Source of the DNA: Sedimentisphaerales bacterium
GTDB lineage: Bacteria > Planctomycetota > Phycisphaerae > Sedimentisphaerales > SM23-30
Direction of reading: 5' to 3'
DNA length: 64,000 nt
NCBI GenBank assembly: GCA_963662515.1
Contig: OY759675.1
Location: 302,405 to 366,404 of the forward strand
Shown: positions 1 to 8,557 of the stretch, piece by piece
Position numbering within the stretch: the stretch's first letter is position 1
Layout: each line of letters begins with the position of its first letter
Translations under genes and position numbers: made by a program
The notes under the pieces: generated by a model
The model's database searches: none
Seen by the model: only the letters and a program-made list of their open reading frames with translations
What the model was told of the DNA's origin: nothing

Positions 1-1287
1 GTAGCTTTTTTGCCGCTAATGATTGTGATCTTGCGTAATAACGGTACCAAAGCAAATGCTGCTGTTGTTGGTTTGTATATGTCACTGGCATACATTATGC
101 CACAGATGTACTATCTGCGTATGCCGGTAGTCATTACTGTGATTTTGATGGTATATATGGTTGCCGTTGTGACTGTGCTATGTCTGATCACGGGGATGCT
201 TATCAAAAGACCGGCTATATCGGCCAGCATACTTATTGGCATTGCTATGTATTCAATCGACTATCTCAATTGTACGCTTTTACCGGTCTGGGGTCTGGCT
301 CAGTCGTTGGTCAGGTCATGGACTGCATATCCTCTGGCAATTGGATTTACCTCTATTACCGGTATTTGTGGTGTGATTTTTGTTATTGGTAGTATGCAAA
401 GTCTTGCAGCTCATTATATTTTCCAAAAGAACAATCGCAAGGCTATTATTCTTACTGCTATGCTGATCGTGGCAGTTTGTGCCGGAGCTGATTATCTTAC
501 TTTGCCAGCCAAATCTGATACGCTCAAGGTTGCTACGATTGGCTGGGTTCTGGATGAAAATAACGATCTTTCTAACCCGGCAACAGATGAGGGATTTGCT
601 AAGCTATTCTTAGAACCAGCCAGTCAGGCCGCCACTCAGGGGGCCCGACTGATAACAACTGGTGAGTTAGGTTTTTATGTGAATAAATTTACAAGGCAAG
701 AAATTATAGGGAAGTTTTCTACCTTTGCTCAAGATAAAAATGTGTGGCTGGTCATTGGCATATTTGATCTTACCGAAAATCATAATAAATTGCTGTTTAT
801 TTCACCAGATGGGGTTATAGCCGATCAGTATTACAAAACGCACCTGACTCCGTTAGAGCCGGGTAAAAAAGGGCCGGGTCATTTGAAGAATGTAAATATT
901 GATGGGCATTATGTAGGAGCTATGATCTGTCAGGACGATAATTTCTACCAGCAAACAGCCTTTTATGGCAGAAATGGCACGGGTCTGGTAGTATGCCCGA
1001 CAGCCGATTGGACTACCGTGAGGTATGGGCATTTACAGGCTGTGCGGGCCAGAGCAATCGAAAACAGATACAGCATTGTTCGGGCAGCAGCCAATGGTAT
1101 AAGTGCTATAATCTCTCCAACTGGTGAGATAATAGCACAAATGGACCACTATAAGCAAGGTCCGGGCTACCTTATAGCCGATGTTCCGGTATGTACTAAT
1201 AAAACTATTTTTAGCCAACACGGTTTCGCTTTACCTTTCTCTGTTTTATCACTGGTGGCGATTTTGATACTGGTCAGAAAAGTATAA
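1..1287 (+). CDS. Carbon-nitrogen hydrolase (nitrilase-fold) membrane protein, apolipoprotein N-acyltransferase-like; 5' end lies outside the window
   Basis: Frame is open from base 1. Hydrophobic N-terminal half, then the E-K-C triad motifs TGELGF, YYKTHLTP and MICQDD, and RARAIENRYSIVRAAANGISAII. Confidence 0.75.
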   Translation, partial: VAFLPLMIVILRNNGTKANAAVVGLYMSLAYIMPQMYYLRMPVVITVILMVYMVAVVTVLCLITGMLIKRPAISASILIGIAMYSIDYLNCTLLPVWGLAQSLVRSWTAYPLAIGFTSITGICGVIFVIGSMQSLAAHYIFQKNNRKAIILTAMLIVAVCAGADYLTLPAKSDTLKVATIGWVLDENNDLSNPATDEGFAKLFLEPASQAATQGARLITTGELGFYVNKFTRQEIIGKFSTFAQDKNVWLVIGIFDLTENHNKLLFISPDGVIADQYYKTHLTPLEPGKKGPGHLKNVNIDGHYVGAMICQDDNFYQQTAFYGRNGTGLVVCPTADWTTVRYGHLQAVRARAIENRYSIVRAAANGISAIISPTGEIIAQMDHYKQGPGYLIADVPVCTNKTIFSQHGFALPFSVLSLVAILILVRKV

Positions 1288-1849
1288 ATAGAGCAGAGAT
1301 ATTGAAAATGTATATGGTTTTTCTCGTGATAGTGTGGTTTGTATAGTTTGTAGAAGCTTCACGGAGCCGAAATTCCTGGTCTTAAAGCTTGTAGTTGATC
1401 TGGGTGATTTGAAGGGTTGCATTGCTGTTGAAGCGAAAAAGAAAGTGGGTTTTGGTTACACAATTATAAACCGACCAGAATCGCGGCTGCCCAATTTCTC
1501 CTACGGTTCCCGCATAAGTGTCAGTAAAAATGCTGCACACATTTCACTTTTTCCGGGGTGCTTTCTGTAAATACAAATTGAAATTAGACGGCAAAGCAAT
1601 CAGTCTGGTTGCTTACATGAAAACTCTCTCGCTGCAAATTTTGGGACAATAATTCAAAAAAATAAAAATTTTTTGTTACGAAATTAATATTTGTTCGTCT
1701 ATTATTATGGCAAAGATGAGGTTGATATGTGTCCTTATGTCTGGCGATTGGTCCGGGCGGGCGGTAAAGTGTTTATAATATATTCATATTAAAGTAATTA
1801 TGAATGGAATGTAATCCGTTTATTCAGGAACTTTTTAGGAGCTAATGTA

Positions 1850-4156
1850 ATGAAAAAGTTGGTTATGGTTCGGATGATGGTCGTGTTTTTGCTTTTGTCG
1901 AGTATTGCTTATGGTCGCTATTGGCCGGGCTATGATGATGGCTATAATGGTAAGCGATTGACTTTGGATGACAAGACTTATAACGCTTATCTGTCGGCAG
2001 CGGAACGAGGTGATAAGGACGCACAATATATAATAGGTGGTTTATATCTCAAGGGTCTTGGTGTTGGTCAGGATATAGACAAGGCAATTGGCTGGCTGAC
2101 TGTGGCGGCCCATGCTGATCAGCTGGACGCACAGAAGTTACTGGCGAAATTGTATTTTCTGGGCGAGCGAGTAGAGAGAAATGATGCACTGGCTTATAAA
2201 TGGCTGGCAATTATGGGTGCCAGGAATTTATGGCTCAGATCGCTGATGAACGACTGTAAGGTGCAGATCGATAAGGTCGCAGTTGAGCAGGGTCAGAAAT
2301 TAGCACAGGTTTGGCTGGAGCAGTGGAAAGATAAGTGCATGACAGACCCAAGGTGTACTTTTGAGGCATTTGAAGAAACGATCGGGATAAGTTGTTTTTA
2401 TCCGGGCAACGGTACTGTCGCCAGAAAGGAATTGGCCCGAAATAAAGACAAGCTCTTCCAACTTGGTAGTGGAAATGGTTATGGCTACGGAGATACCCGG
2501 CGAGAATTTGGCCAGACGCCGATAAATACCGCGGCAATGAGCGTAGCATCTGATAAAAAGGAGCAGGTAGATGCTCTGCTGGCCTTAGCCAAAGCAGGCG
2601 ATGTACGCTCGCAGACTCGGGCGGGAGTATGCTTTTTTTACGGGACCGGCTATCGTGAAGATAATTTAAAATCCTTGCATTGGTTTACTATCGCTGCTGA
2701 TAATGGTGACGCAGATGCGATCTTCTGTCTGGGCAGAATGCATTTGCTTGGTATTGGTACGGTTCAGAACCCTGATAAAGCAGTTGAGCTACTGACAAAA
2801 GCTGCTGCTAAAAAACAGGTTGATGCCATGTATCTGCTGGCCAGGGAATATTACTATGGTGATATTCTGCAAAAGAATAATGCCAAAGCATATAAATGGA
2901 TATCGCTGATGGCAGCTTCAGACAAAAAGGCAGAGGAGATCAAGAGTAAGTGTGAGTCGATTATGTCGCGTGAAGATATTGAGCAGGGCCGGCAAATGGC
3001 TCAGAAGCCAGTTAAAGTTGACCGTGTTAAAGTGGGTGTGTTTGTAAGTCTGTATTCGGCTAAGGGGCCGTCATGGTGGCAAGGCAGTGAGATCGGCTGG
3101 AATCATGTTGGTATCGCCGGTCGTTTTAATGATACGGAAGATTACGAGCTTTATGCCCTGATTGATCCGGGTACTGCAGATGATCCATCGTTAAAAGAGC
3201 AGTTAGCGAACTATAATTTCTCCAGTATGCTGCTGGACGCTTCCAAAGTTGAGGATCTGCAGAAGGTTGATGTTATGGTATCGGGTAACTGGCATGTTAA
3301 TATTAAGTGGGAGATTATTGATGCCGTTATCGAAGCGGTGAAGAGCGGTGTGCATCTGGTAAACTTTGAGCATTTTGGCCTGGTTAGACCAGCATATGCC
3401 ACTGGCTTTGAGGCGACCAAAGCGACCTGGGCCTCGCATATGAATAATGATATCAAAAATAATGCTGCTGAAACAGAGAGATATAAGCAGAAGATGACCG
3501 AACTGTTTGGCCTGAAAGATCCTCGGTTCATCTGGCATTTAGGGCTTAAAGACTGGAAGATAAATAATAAATACCCGGCATTAGATTTTGTTGCCGACGG
3601 GATGGTTACGAAAACTTGTGGGGTAAATGGGCTGGTGGGTGACTATGTTGAAGGCCAGTCATTTGTTCTGGTTGATGATAAGCTGACTGACCAATGGGAT
3701 GGCCGTGCCGTAGCCAGAAAAGAACTCAACCCATTTACGGTTTATCGTTGTGGTAAAGGGCTGGCTGTGAATATGGGTATTGTAGGTGAGTTCAAGAATC
3801 TTGGATTTCCGGAACGAGATGATTTTGTGAAGTATTGTGTTGACTGGGTAGCTGAGCATGGTGATTTTGATGAAACAGTTGCCAGTGAGCCAGTGAAAGT
3901 CAGGGATAGTGTCTGGACGATAAATCAGAAACTTATCAGCAGGGGATTGTCAGTTACTGGCGATTATTCAACTGCTGAGATATTGAACGATTTTGGCTGG
4001 CCATATCGAACCGAAAAAATTGCTGGTCTGGCTATATGGTACTATAAGATAGCAGATGATATTCAAGTGCCGTTCTTTATTGTAGATGATGTGCTTATAG
4101 CTTATGGCGAAACATTTTTCCAGACTATGCAATGGAAGATGATCGTTAATCACTGA
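1850..4156 (+). CDS. Secreted Sel1-repeat protein with uncharacterised C-terminal domains
   Basis: SD AGGAG upstream and signal peptide MKKLVMVRMMVVFLLLSSIAYG. Two blocks of Sel1-like repeats (AERGDKDAQYIIGGLY..G.GV.QD..KA..W; AADNGDADAIFCLG.M...G.G...N..KA). Confidence 0.8.
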   Translation: MKKLVMVRMMVVFLLLSSIAYGRYWPGYDDGYNGKRLTLDDKTYNAYLSAAERGDKDAQYIIGGLYLKGLGVGQDIDKAIGWLTVAAHADQLDAQKLLAKLYFLGERVERNDALAYKWLAIMGARNLWLRSLMNDCKVQIDKVAVEQGQKLAQVWLEQWKDKCMTDPRCTFEAFEETIGISCFYPGNGTVARKELARNKDKLFQLGSGNGYGYGDTRREFGQTPINTAAMSVASDKKEQVDALLALAKAGDVRSQTRAGVCFFYGTGYREDNLKSLHWFTIAADNGDADAIFCLGRMHLLGIGTVQNPDKAVELLTKAAAKKQVDAMYLLAREYYYGDILQKNNAKAYKWISLMAASDKKAEEIKSKCESIMSREDIEQGRQMAQKPVKVDRVKVGVFVSLYSAKGPSWWQGSEIGWNHVGIAGRFNDTEDYELYALIDPGTADDPSLKEQLANYNFSSMLLDASKVEDLQKVDVMVSGNWHVNIKWEIIDAVIEAVKSGVHLVNFEHFGLVRPAYATGFEATKATWASHMNNDIKNNAAETERYKQKMTELFGLKDPRFIWHLGLKDWKINNKYPALDFVADGMVTKTCGVNGLVGDYVEGQSFVLVDDKLTDQWDGRAVARKELNPFTVYRCGKGLAVNMGIVGEFKNLGFPERDDFVKYCVDWVAEHGDFDETVASEPVKVRDSVWTINQKLISRGLSVTGDYSTAEILNDFGWPYRTEKIAGLAIWYYKIADDIQVPFFIVDDVLIAYGETFFQTMQWKMIVNH

Positions 4157-4179
4157 AAGTGACAGTTGAGTTTTGTAGT

Positions 4180-4218
4180 GGGGTGGCTGTTCATACGGAG
4201 TAGCCACCCTTTATTTTT
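4180..4218 (+). terminator. Rho-independent terminator
   Basis: Stem GGGTGGCT/AGCCACCC followed by TTTATTTTT after the Sel1 gene. Confidence 0.7.
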
Positions 4219-4305
4219 AATTAAGGCTCGTTGACAGGTAAGCATGGTCTGGTTAGAATTTGTCATTGTTGGTTTGTAGTTCACATATTGATTCGAGGAG
4301 TAATA

Positions 4306-4407
4306 ATGCGGCATAGTCTATTAGTTGGCTATTTTATGGCAATGGTATTAGCGGCTGGTTGTGGTACAGGTCAGGTTAAAGATACTGGTGGTTCATGTGT
4401 TTGCTAG
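4306..4407 (+). CDS. Small putative lipoprotein, 33 aa (MRHSLLVGYFMAMVLAAGCGTGQVKDTGGSCVC), below the ORF-track cutoff
   Basis: GAGGAG at 4295-4300, ATG 4306, hydrophobic h-region, lipobox LAAG-C, TAG 4405-4407. Confidence 0.6.
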   Translation: MRHSLLVGYFMAMVLAAGCGTGQVKDTGGSCVC

Positions 4408-4490
4408 GTTAATTGTCTTGTGCAAAAGTATTTATGATCATATTTTCCCAATATTAAAGGTTTCGTATCAGGCTTATGAAGCAGGGTGAT

Positions 4491-4519
4491 TTGACATTTA
4501 TTACACTAGGTGGTATAAT
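4491..4519 (+). promoter_or_regulatory. Consensus sigma70 promoter of higBA with overlapping inverted repeats (likely HigA operator)
   Basis: TTGACA 4491-4496, 17 nt, TATAAT 4514-4519 with extended TGn. Inverted repeat ACATTTA (4494-4500)/TAAATGT (4521-4527) and an imperfect TTACACTA-GG-TGGTATAA. Confidence 0.8.
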
Positions 4520-4523
4520 GTAA

Positions 4524-4820
4524 ATGTGGAAGAAGTTAAGCAGATTTGCAGATAAGAATTTGGAAAGATTCTGGAAAGAAGGAAAAGCCAAGGCTTTACC
4601 TGCCGGTATTGAAAAAACGCTCAGACGCAAGTTAGTTATGTTGATTGCAGCAGTTACTTTAGATGATTTGCGGATACCGCCATCAAACCATCTTGAAAAA
4701 CTCAGGGGTGACCTGGGCGGTTTGTATAGCATAAGGGTTAATGACCAGTGGCGATTAATCTTCAGTTGGGAGGCTGATATGGCCTGCAATATTCAATTGA
4801 TCGATTACCACAAAGGATGA
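4524..4820 (+). CDS. higB: HigB-family (RelE/ParE superfamily) toxin
   Basis: LRIPPSNHLEKLRGD...YSIRVNDQWRLIF...IDYH motif set; located upstream of its antitoxin. Confidence 0.9.
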   Translation: MWKKLSRFADKNLERFWKEGKAKALPAGIEKTLRRKLVMLIAAVTLDDLRIPPSNHLEKLRGDLGGLYSIRVNDQWRLIFSWEADMACNIQLIDYHKG

Positions 4821-5167
4821 GGGCTATGAGTAAGAATACGAATATGATAATACCAGCGATCCCGGTTCATCCGGGTGAAGTATTGCAAGAGGAGTTTCTT
4901 GATCCATCTGGGATCACGCAAGTAGCCCTGGCCGAGCATCTGGGTGTGCCAGCTCGTCGTATTAATGAGATATGTCGGGGGCGGCGTTCGGTTTCGGCCC
5001 AGACGGCATGGCTCTTATCGCAGGCATTTGGTACCAGCCCGCAATTCTGGCTGAATTTGCAGTCGCTTTACGATCTGGCCGTAGCCCAAAGAGATTTAAA
5101 GCTAACGCCAGTGGCACGGATAATTTCTGGCAATGGAAATGCCGCTATTGCCGCGAAGCTCGACTAG
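4817..5167 (+). CDS. higA: HigA-family antitoxin, XRE HTH (alternative start 4826)
   Basis: PVHPGEVLQEEFL...TQVALAEHLGV...RINEI...AFGTSPQFWLNLQ; ATGA overlap with higB. Confidence 0.9.
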   Translation: MRAMSKNTNMIIPAIPVHPGEVLQEEFLDPSGITQVALAEHLGVPARRINEICRGRRSVSAQTAWLLSQAFGTSPQFWLNLQSLYDLAVAQRDLKLTPVARIISGNGNAAIAAKLD

Positions 5168-5313
5168 TCTGAGAAAATTTGTGATTAGTTTTGACTCTGT
5201 GTAATGGAATAGTATTTGGTTTGTCTTTATATAGACAAAGCCGGTTGCCGGGTAATTTTCGAGGTACAGGCGGTTGGCGGATAATTACTCCCGATATAAG
5301 GAAAACGAAAATA

Positions 5314-5679
5314 ATGAAAAAGATGGTGTCAGTTCTGGCGGCGGCGTGTCTGGTGGTGTTGGTATGTGGTTGTAATTCGCCCAAGCCGATATTAGGTGCC
5401 GGTGTGTTTGACAGCAGAGGTATTCCGCAGAAAAAGTATCTGGTGGGAGGTGGGTTAGAGGTTGATTATGAAGTACCTGTGGATGGGACAGTATATTGGG
5501 TGGAAGAGCATAGTGGACGGATATTGATAAGTGAATCACTGGAAGAGGGAGATAGTTTTCAACAGAGCCTGCCTTTGGAATTAGAATTAATTAAACTGTT
5601 TGGTGAAGATAATGCAGCCAACCAGAAAATGAGTTTGTATTTCGTGCCGAATCCGGTGGAGAAAGAGAAAACTGAATAA
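5314..5679 (+). CDS. Hypothetical lipoprotein
   Basis: Start revised to ATG 5314 (AAGGA upstream); signal MKKMVSVLAAACLVVLVCG-C. Confidence 0.7.
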   Translation: MKKMVSVLAAACLVVLVCGCNSPKPILGAGVFDSRGIPQKKYLVGGGLEVDYEVPVDGTVYWVEEHSGRILISESLEEGDSFQQSLPLELELIKLFGEDNAANQKMSLYFVPNPVEKEKTE

Positions 5680-5705
5680 AACAGGTTCCGATAGACTTAT
5701 ACAAA

Positions 5706-5750
5706 TAAGAACGACCGGTCTGGATAATCAGGCCGGTCGTTTTTTGTTTT
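5706..5750. terminator. Bidirectional intrinsic terminator
   Basis: ACGACCGGTCTG/CAGGCCGGTCGT stem (5711-5740) with an A-rich left flank and T-rich right flank, between convergent genes. Confidence 0.8.
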
Positions 5751-5775
5751 TTGTTGTGATAGAATGTCTGTTCTA

Positions 5776-6621
5776 TCAGATCTGGTCGAAGCCGGTTAAG
5801 GCTTTGATTCTGGCCTGGGTTGTCGGGTGGGTGCGGAACAGGTTCATGGCCTGCTGGCCGCTGAAGGGCTGGACGATGAACATATTCTGGTAGCTGTCGG
5901 CAACCTTCATGGGTATGCGGTGGCTGTAGTTTTCCAGTTTTTGTAGGGCACTGGCCAGACCATAGGGGCTGCCGGCCATTGCTGCTCCGCCGGCGTCGGC
6001 CATGAATTCGCGACGGCGACTGATCGCCATCTGGATTATCGCCGCGGCGATGGGGGCCAGGATTATAAGTGCCAGGCTTGCCAGCGGATTGGAGTCTTCA
6101 TCGTCACTATTTCCCAGAGGCAGGAAATAGAGCATATACCCGATAGAGGAGATAACACCGGCGACAGTGGCGGCGATGGTACTTATCAGGGTATCGCGGT
6201 TCTTGATATGGGTCAGCTCATGGGCCAGAACGCCGCGCAGCTCATCGGCGGAGAGGCATTCGAGCAGCCCTTCAGTAACGGCGACGGCGGCATGGCTGGG
6301 GTTGCGGCCGGTAGCAAAGGCGTTGGGTGCCTGCTGCTGGCAGATATAAACGCCCGGCATAGGCAGCCCGGCATTAGTGGCCAGCTCTTCTACAGTGCCA
6401 TAAAGACGAGCGTGACTCTGGCGGTCAACCTTACGGGCACGCATCATGGTCAGAGCGATCTTATCGCTGAAGAAATAGCTGAAAAAGTTCATCATACCGC
6501 TCAATATAAGGGCGATTATCATGCCATGCTGGCCAAAGAATCGCTGGCCAACTATGACAAAAAGTGCCATTAGCGCAGCCATCAACATGGCGGTTTTCAA
6601 ATTGTTCATAAAGCTACTCAT
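5776..6621 (-). CDS. htpX: Zinc metalloprotease HtpX (M48)
   Basis: PNAFATGRNP, HELTH (HExxH), SRRREFMAD, HPTTQARI. Confidence 0.93.
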   Translation of the reverse strand: MSSFMNNLKTAMLMAALMALFVIVGQRFFGQHGMIIALILSGMMNFFSYFFSDKIALTMMRARKVDRQSHARLYGTVEELATNAGLPMPGVYICQQQAPNAFATGRNPSHAAVAVTEGLLECLSADELRGVLAHELTHIKNRDTLISTIAATVAGVISSIGYMLYFLPLGNSDDEDSNPLASLALIILAPIAAAIIQMAISRRREFMADAGGAAMAGSPYGLASALQKLENYSHRIPMKVADSYQNMFIVQPFSGQQAMNLFRTHPTTQARIKALTGFDQI

Positions 6622-6683
6622 ATGTTTTTCCTCTTATTCTTTTGTCCATCTGGTTGTTTGGGAGACGCAAATGTGCGTCTCTA

Positions 6684-6953
6684 TTAGTATCTTATTTCAA
6701 AGCGGTGGTATTTACCACCGACGGGCATATCCTGGAAATTTACTTCCCTGATATTGCCGCTCATCATATCGGCCAGTTCGTCGCAGAAGTTCTGTATCTC
6801 GGTTTTTGTGCCCTCGATCTCGACTTCTACCTGACCGCCGGGTAAGTTTCTGACAAAGCCGCAGACATCGTGGTTAGCCGCCACACGCACAGCGGTGAAG
6901 CGGAAACCAACGCCCTGTACTCTGCCACTGTAAATTATACGCCTTCTTATCAT
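6684..6953 (-). CDS. acyP: Acylphosphatase
   Basis: GRVQGVGFR and GFVRNLPGGQVE motifs. Confidence 0.93.
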   Translation of the reverse strand: MIRRRIIYSGRVQGVGFRFTAVRVAANHDVCGFVRNLPGGQVEVEIEGTKTEIQNFCDELADMMSGNIREVNFQDMPVGGKYHRFEIRY

Positions 6954-7001
6954 ATTGGTTCTTCTTTTACTATACTGGGGGGCAGTGTTCTTAAGAGACT
7001 A

Positions 7002-7421
7002 TTACTCTTTTGACCAATGTCCATTTTCGTCGAGTCGTGATTGTGTGGTATCGCTTATCCTGCTGCCTTCAAAGCATTTAACATTCTTTCTGGATACCAG
7101 TTCCTTAAGGTAGTCATAGTGAGGGCATTTTGGCCCGTGAAAACTTTCCCGGCAGATACAACTGGAAAAGTGCAATGCTACCTGTTCAGGCTCAATCCCT
7201 GCCCGCTTTTTGAGCAGTTTAAGGGCGTTAGACAGTTTACGCAAACTGGCACGCCCACAACAGCCGCCACAGGTTATACTCAAATAGCGGATGTCTGTAT
7301 CTTTGGGGTAATGGGCGAACCCACCTTGCCGCAAATGAAATGCTTCTTCGCATAAGTAGCCGCTACATCGCTCTTTAACTATATGGCATTGCAAAGTTAT
7401 TATATATTTTATATCGTCCAT
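7002..7421 (-). CDS. CGGC domain-containing protein
   Basis: C..ERC.GYLC, TCGGCCG, HFSSC, CPH cysteine pattern. Confidence 0.8.
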   Translation of the reverse strand: MDDIKYIITLQCHIVKERCSGYLCEEAFHLRQGGFAHYPKDTDIRYLSITCGGCCGRASLRKLSNALKLLKKRAGIEPEQVALHFSSCICRESFHGPKCPHYDYLKELVSRKNVKCFEGSRISDTTQSRLDENGHWSKE

Positions 7422-7422
7422 C

Positions 7423-7941
7423 TCAGATGTATGCTCCTGGTTCTTTTACCAGCAGGCGAAACTTGGCTGCAGGTAGGTCAACTGTTTGCCATCGCGTGCT
7501 TCTTGTTTTCATTACTGATTGATAGTCATTAACATATATCATATTAAGCCAATATTGTCTGCCCATATAATCAAAGCTGTCTTGGTTTGTATTTGGAACC
7601 GGGGTTTCATAATCGAATAACCAATAGACAAAAACAAATACGGCGCTATGACCCGGGCCAAATATCTTCTGCCATTTGAGCATAGAATCGACATCGGCTT
7701 GAGTAACCCAGTTTTCGCCGGGACGATGAGCGAGAAAGTCGGCGGTTTTCAGTTTTCGGCCTTTAATCTCTACCAGCAGGGCGTCGCTATGGTCCGGGTG
7801 GACAATATAATCAAAGCTCTTGAGCTTCTCGCCGTGCATTATTGCCTGTCTTACCTGTGATAAAGGTACAAAAGGCAGTTCGCTGTCAAGTAGCCAGCTT
7901 TCAAAGGCTGATTCATAATGTCTGCTGTTTTGAGCTGTCAT
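7423..7941 (-). CDS. HYExAFE-family protein with PD-(D/E)xK-like motif
   Basis: N-terminal RHYESAFESWL; SFDYIV...LLVEIKGR. Confidence 0.8.
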   Translation of the reverse strand: MTAQNSRHYESAFESWLLDSELPFVPLSQVRQAIMHGEKLKSFDYIVHPDHSDALLVEIKGRKLKTADFLAHRPGENWVTQADVDSMLKWQKIFGPGHSAVFVFVYWLFDYETPVPNTNQDSFDYMGRQYWLNMIYVNDYQSVMKTRSTRWQTVDLPAAKFRLLVKEPGAYI

Positions 7942-8315
7942 TAATTAAGATAATATACAGAAAAACTGGTCCAGACCAGTATAAACTAATATCTATAGGT
8001 TATGAATGTTTAGTTTGTATTGAGGTTTAGTCCGTGCAAGAGCGGGTTCAGGATTGTTGTTCCCTGATATGTTGTTTTCTGTTGTCCGTCGTACCAGACC
8101 ATTGTTGTCAGGGTATCATCTGGCGAAAGTATTTCGGCAAAATGTTAATGTTTTATGTAAATTTCAAGTTGTAGTTTTGATTTACATAAATATTACCACT
8201 ACCGTAAAGCCAGCTTTCAAAGGCTGATTCATAATGTCTGCTGTTTTGATCTGTCATTAATTAAGATAATACACTGAAAAATATGGTAGGACCAGTAAAA
8301 TACTAGTGTGTAGTG
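7892..8315. repeat. Direct repeat of about 100 bp (7892-~7997 and 8208-~8315, offset 316) duplicating the 5' end and upstream region of the HYExAFE gene
   Basis: First 64 nt are identical except one base (AGCCAGCTTTCAAAGGCTGATTCATAATGTCTGCTGTTTTGA[G/T]CTGTCATTAATTAAGATAATA), then similarity decays. Confidence 0.92.
8153..8257 (-). pseudogene. 34-codon ORF carrying the duplicated HYExAFE N-terminus (MTDQNSRHYESAFESWLYGSGNIYVNQNYNLKFT)
   Basis: Translated by hand; first 17 codons match the gene at 7941 (A3D), followed by unrelated sequence and TAA. Confidence 0.65.
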
Positions 8316-8557
8316 ATTTTGTAAAAAACAGGGATAAATATTGTTGTATGGCACTAATTTTTAATCTTTATTGCCAGTGGCAGAGTTAGTAAAGGTGCAA
8401 TATTAAACAAAAAAAGTCAGGTTATGGTCTTATAATACTTTATTTTTGGGAGATATTGGCTATAATCCCGACATAATTGGCCAATGTATGGGGCATGGTC
8501 CAGATGTGCTATCTATGGTGGTAGTGCCGGAAAAATGGTTATTGGAGAGAGTTTTGT

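Noticed and set aside
1334-1570. 78-aa ORF in the intergenic gap, and 69-aa ORF at 54725-54934
   Set aside because: No SD, no recognisable motif, composition like non-coding DNA.
1586-1640. Possible c-di-GMP-I riboswitch (GGCAAA followed by a GCAATC/GGTTGC stem)
   Set aside because: Lacks the GNRA tetraloop and the following GACGCAAAG-type segment.
1759-1770. ops-like GGCGGTAAAGTG (also GGCGGTAA near 56965)
   Set aside because: Short imperfect matches with no JUMPstart context; the second lies upstream of the predicted promoter.
5776-6621. htpX looks more GC-rich than its flanks (possible foreign origin)
   Set aside because: Judged by eye only; conserved housekeeping gene within an operon, with no mobility signatures.
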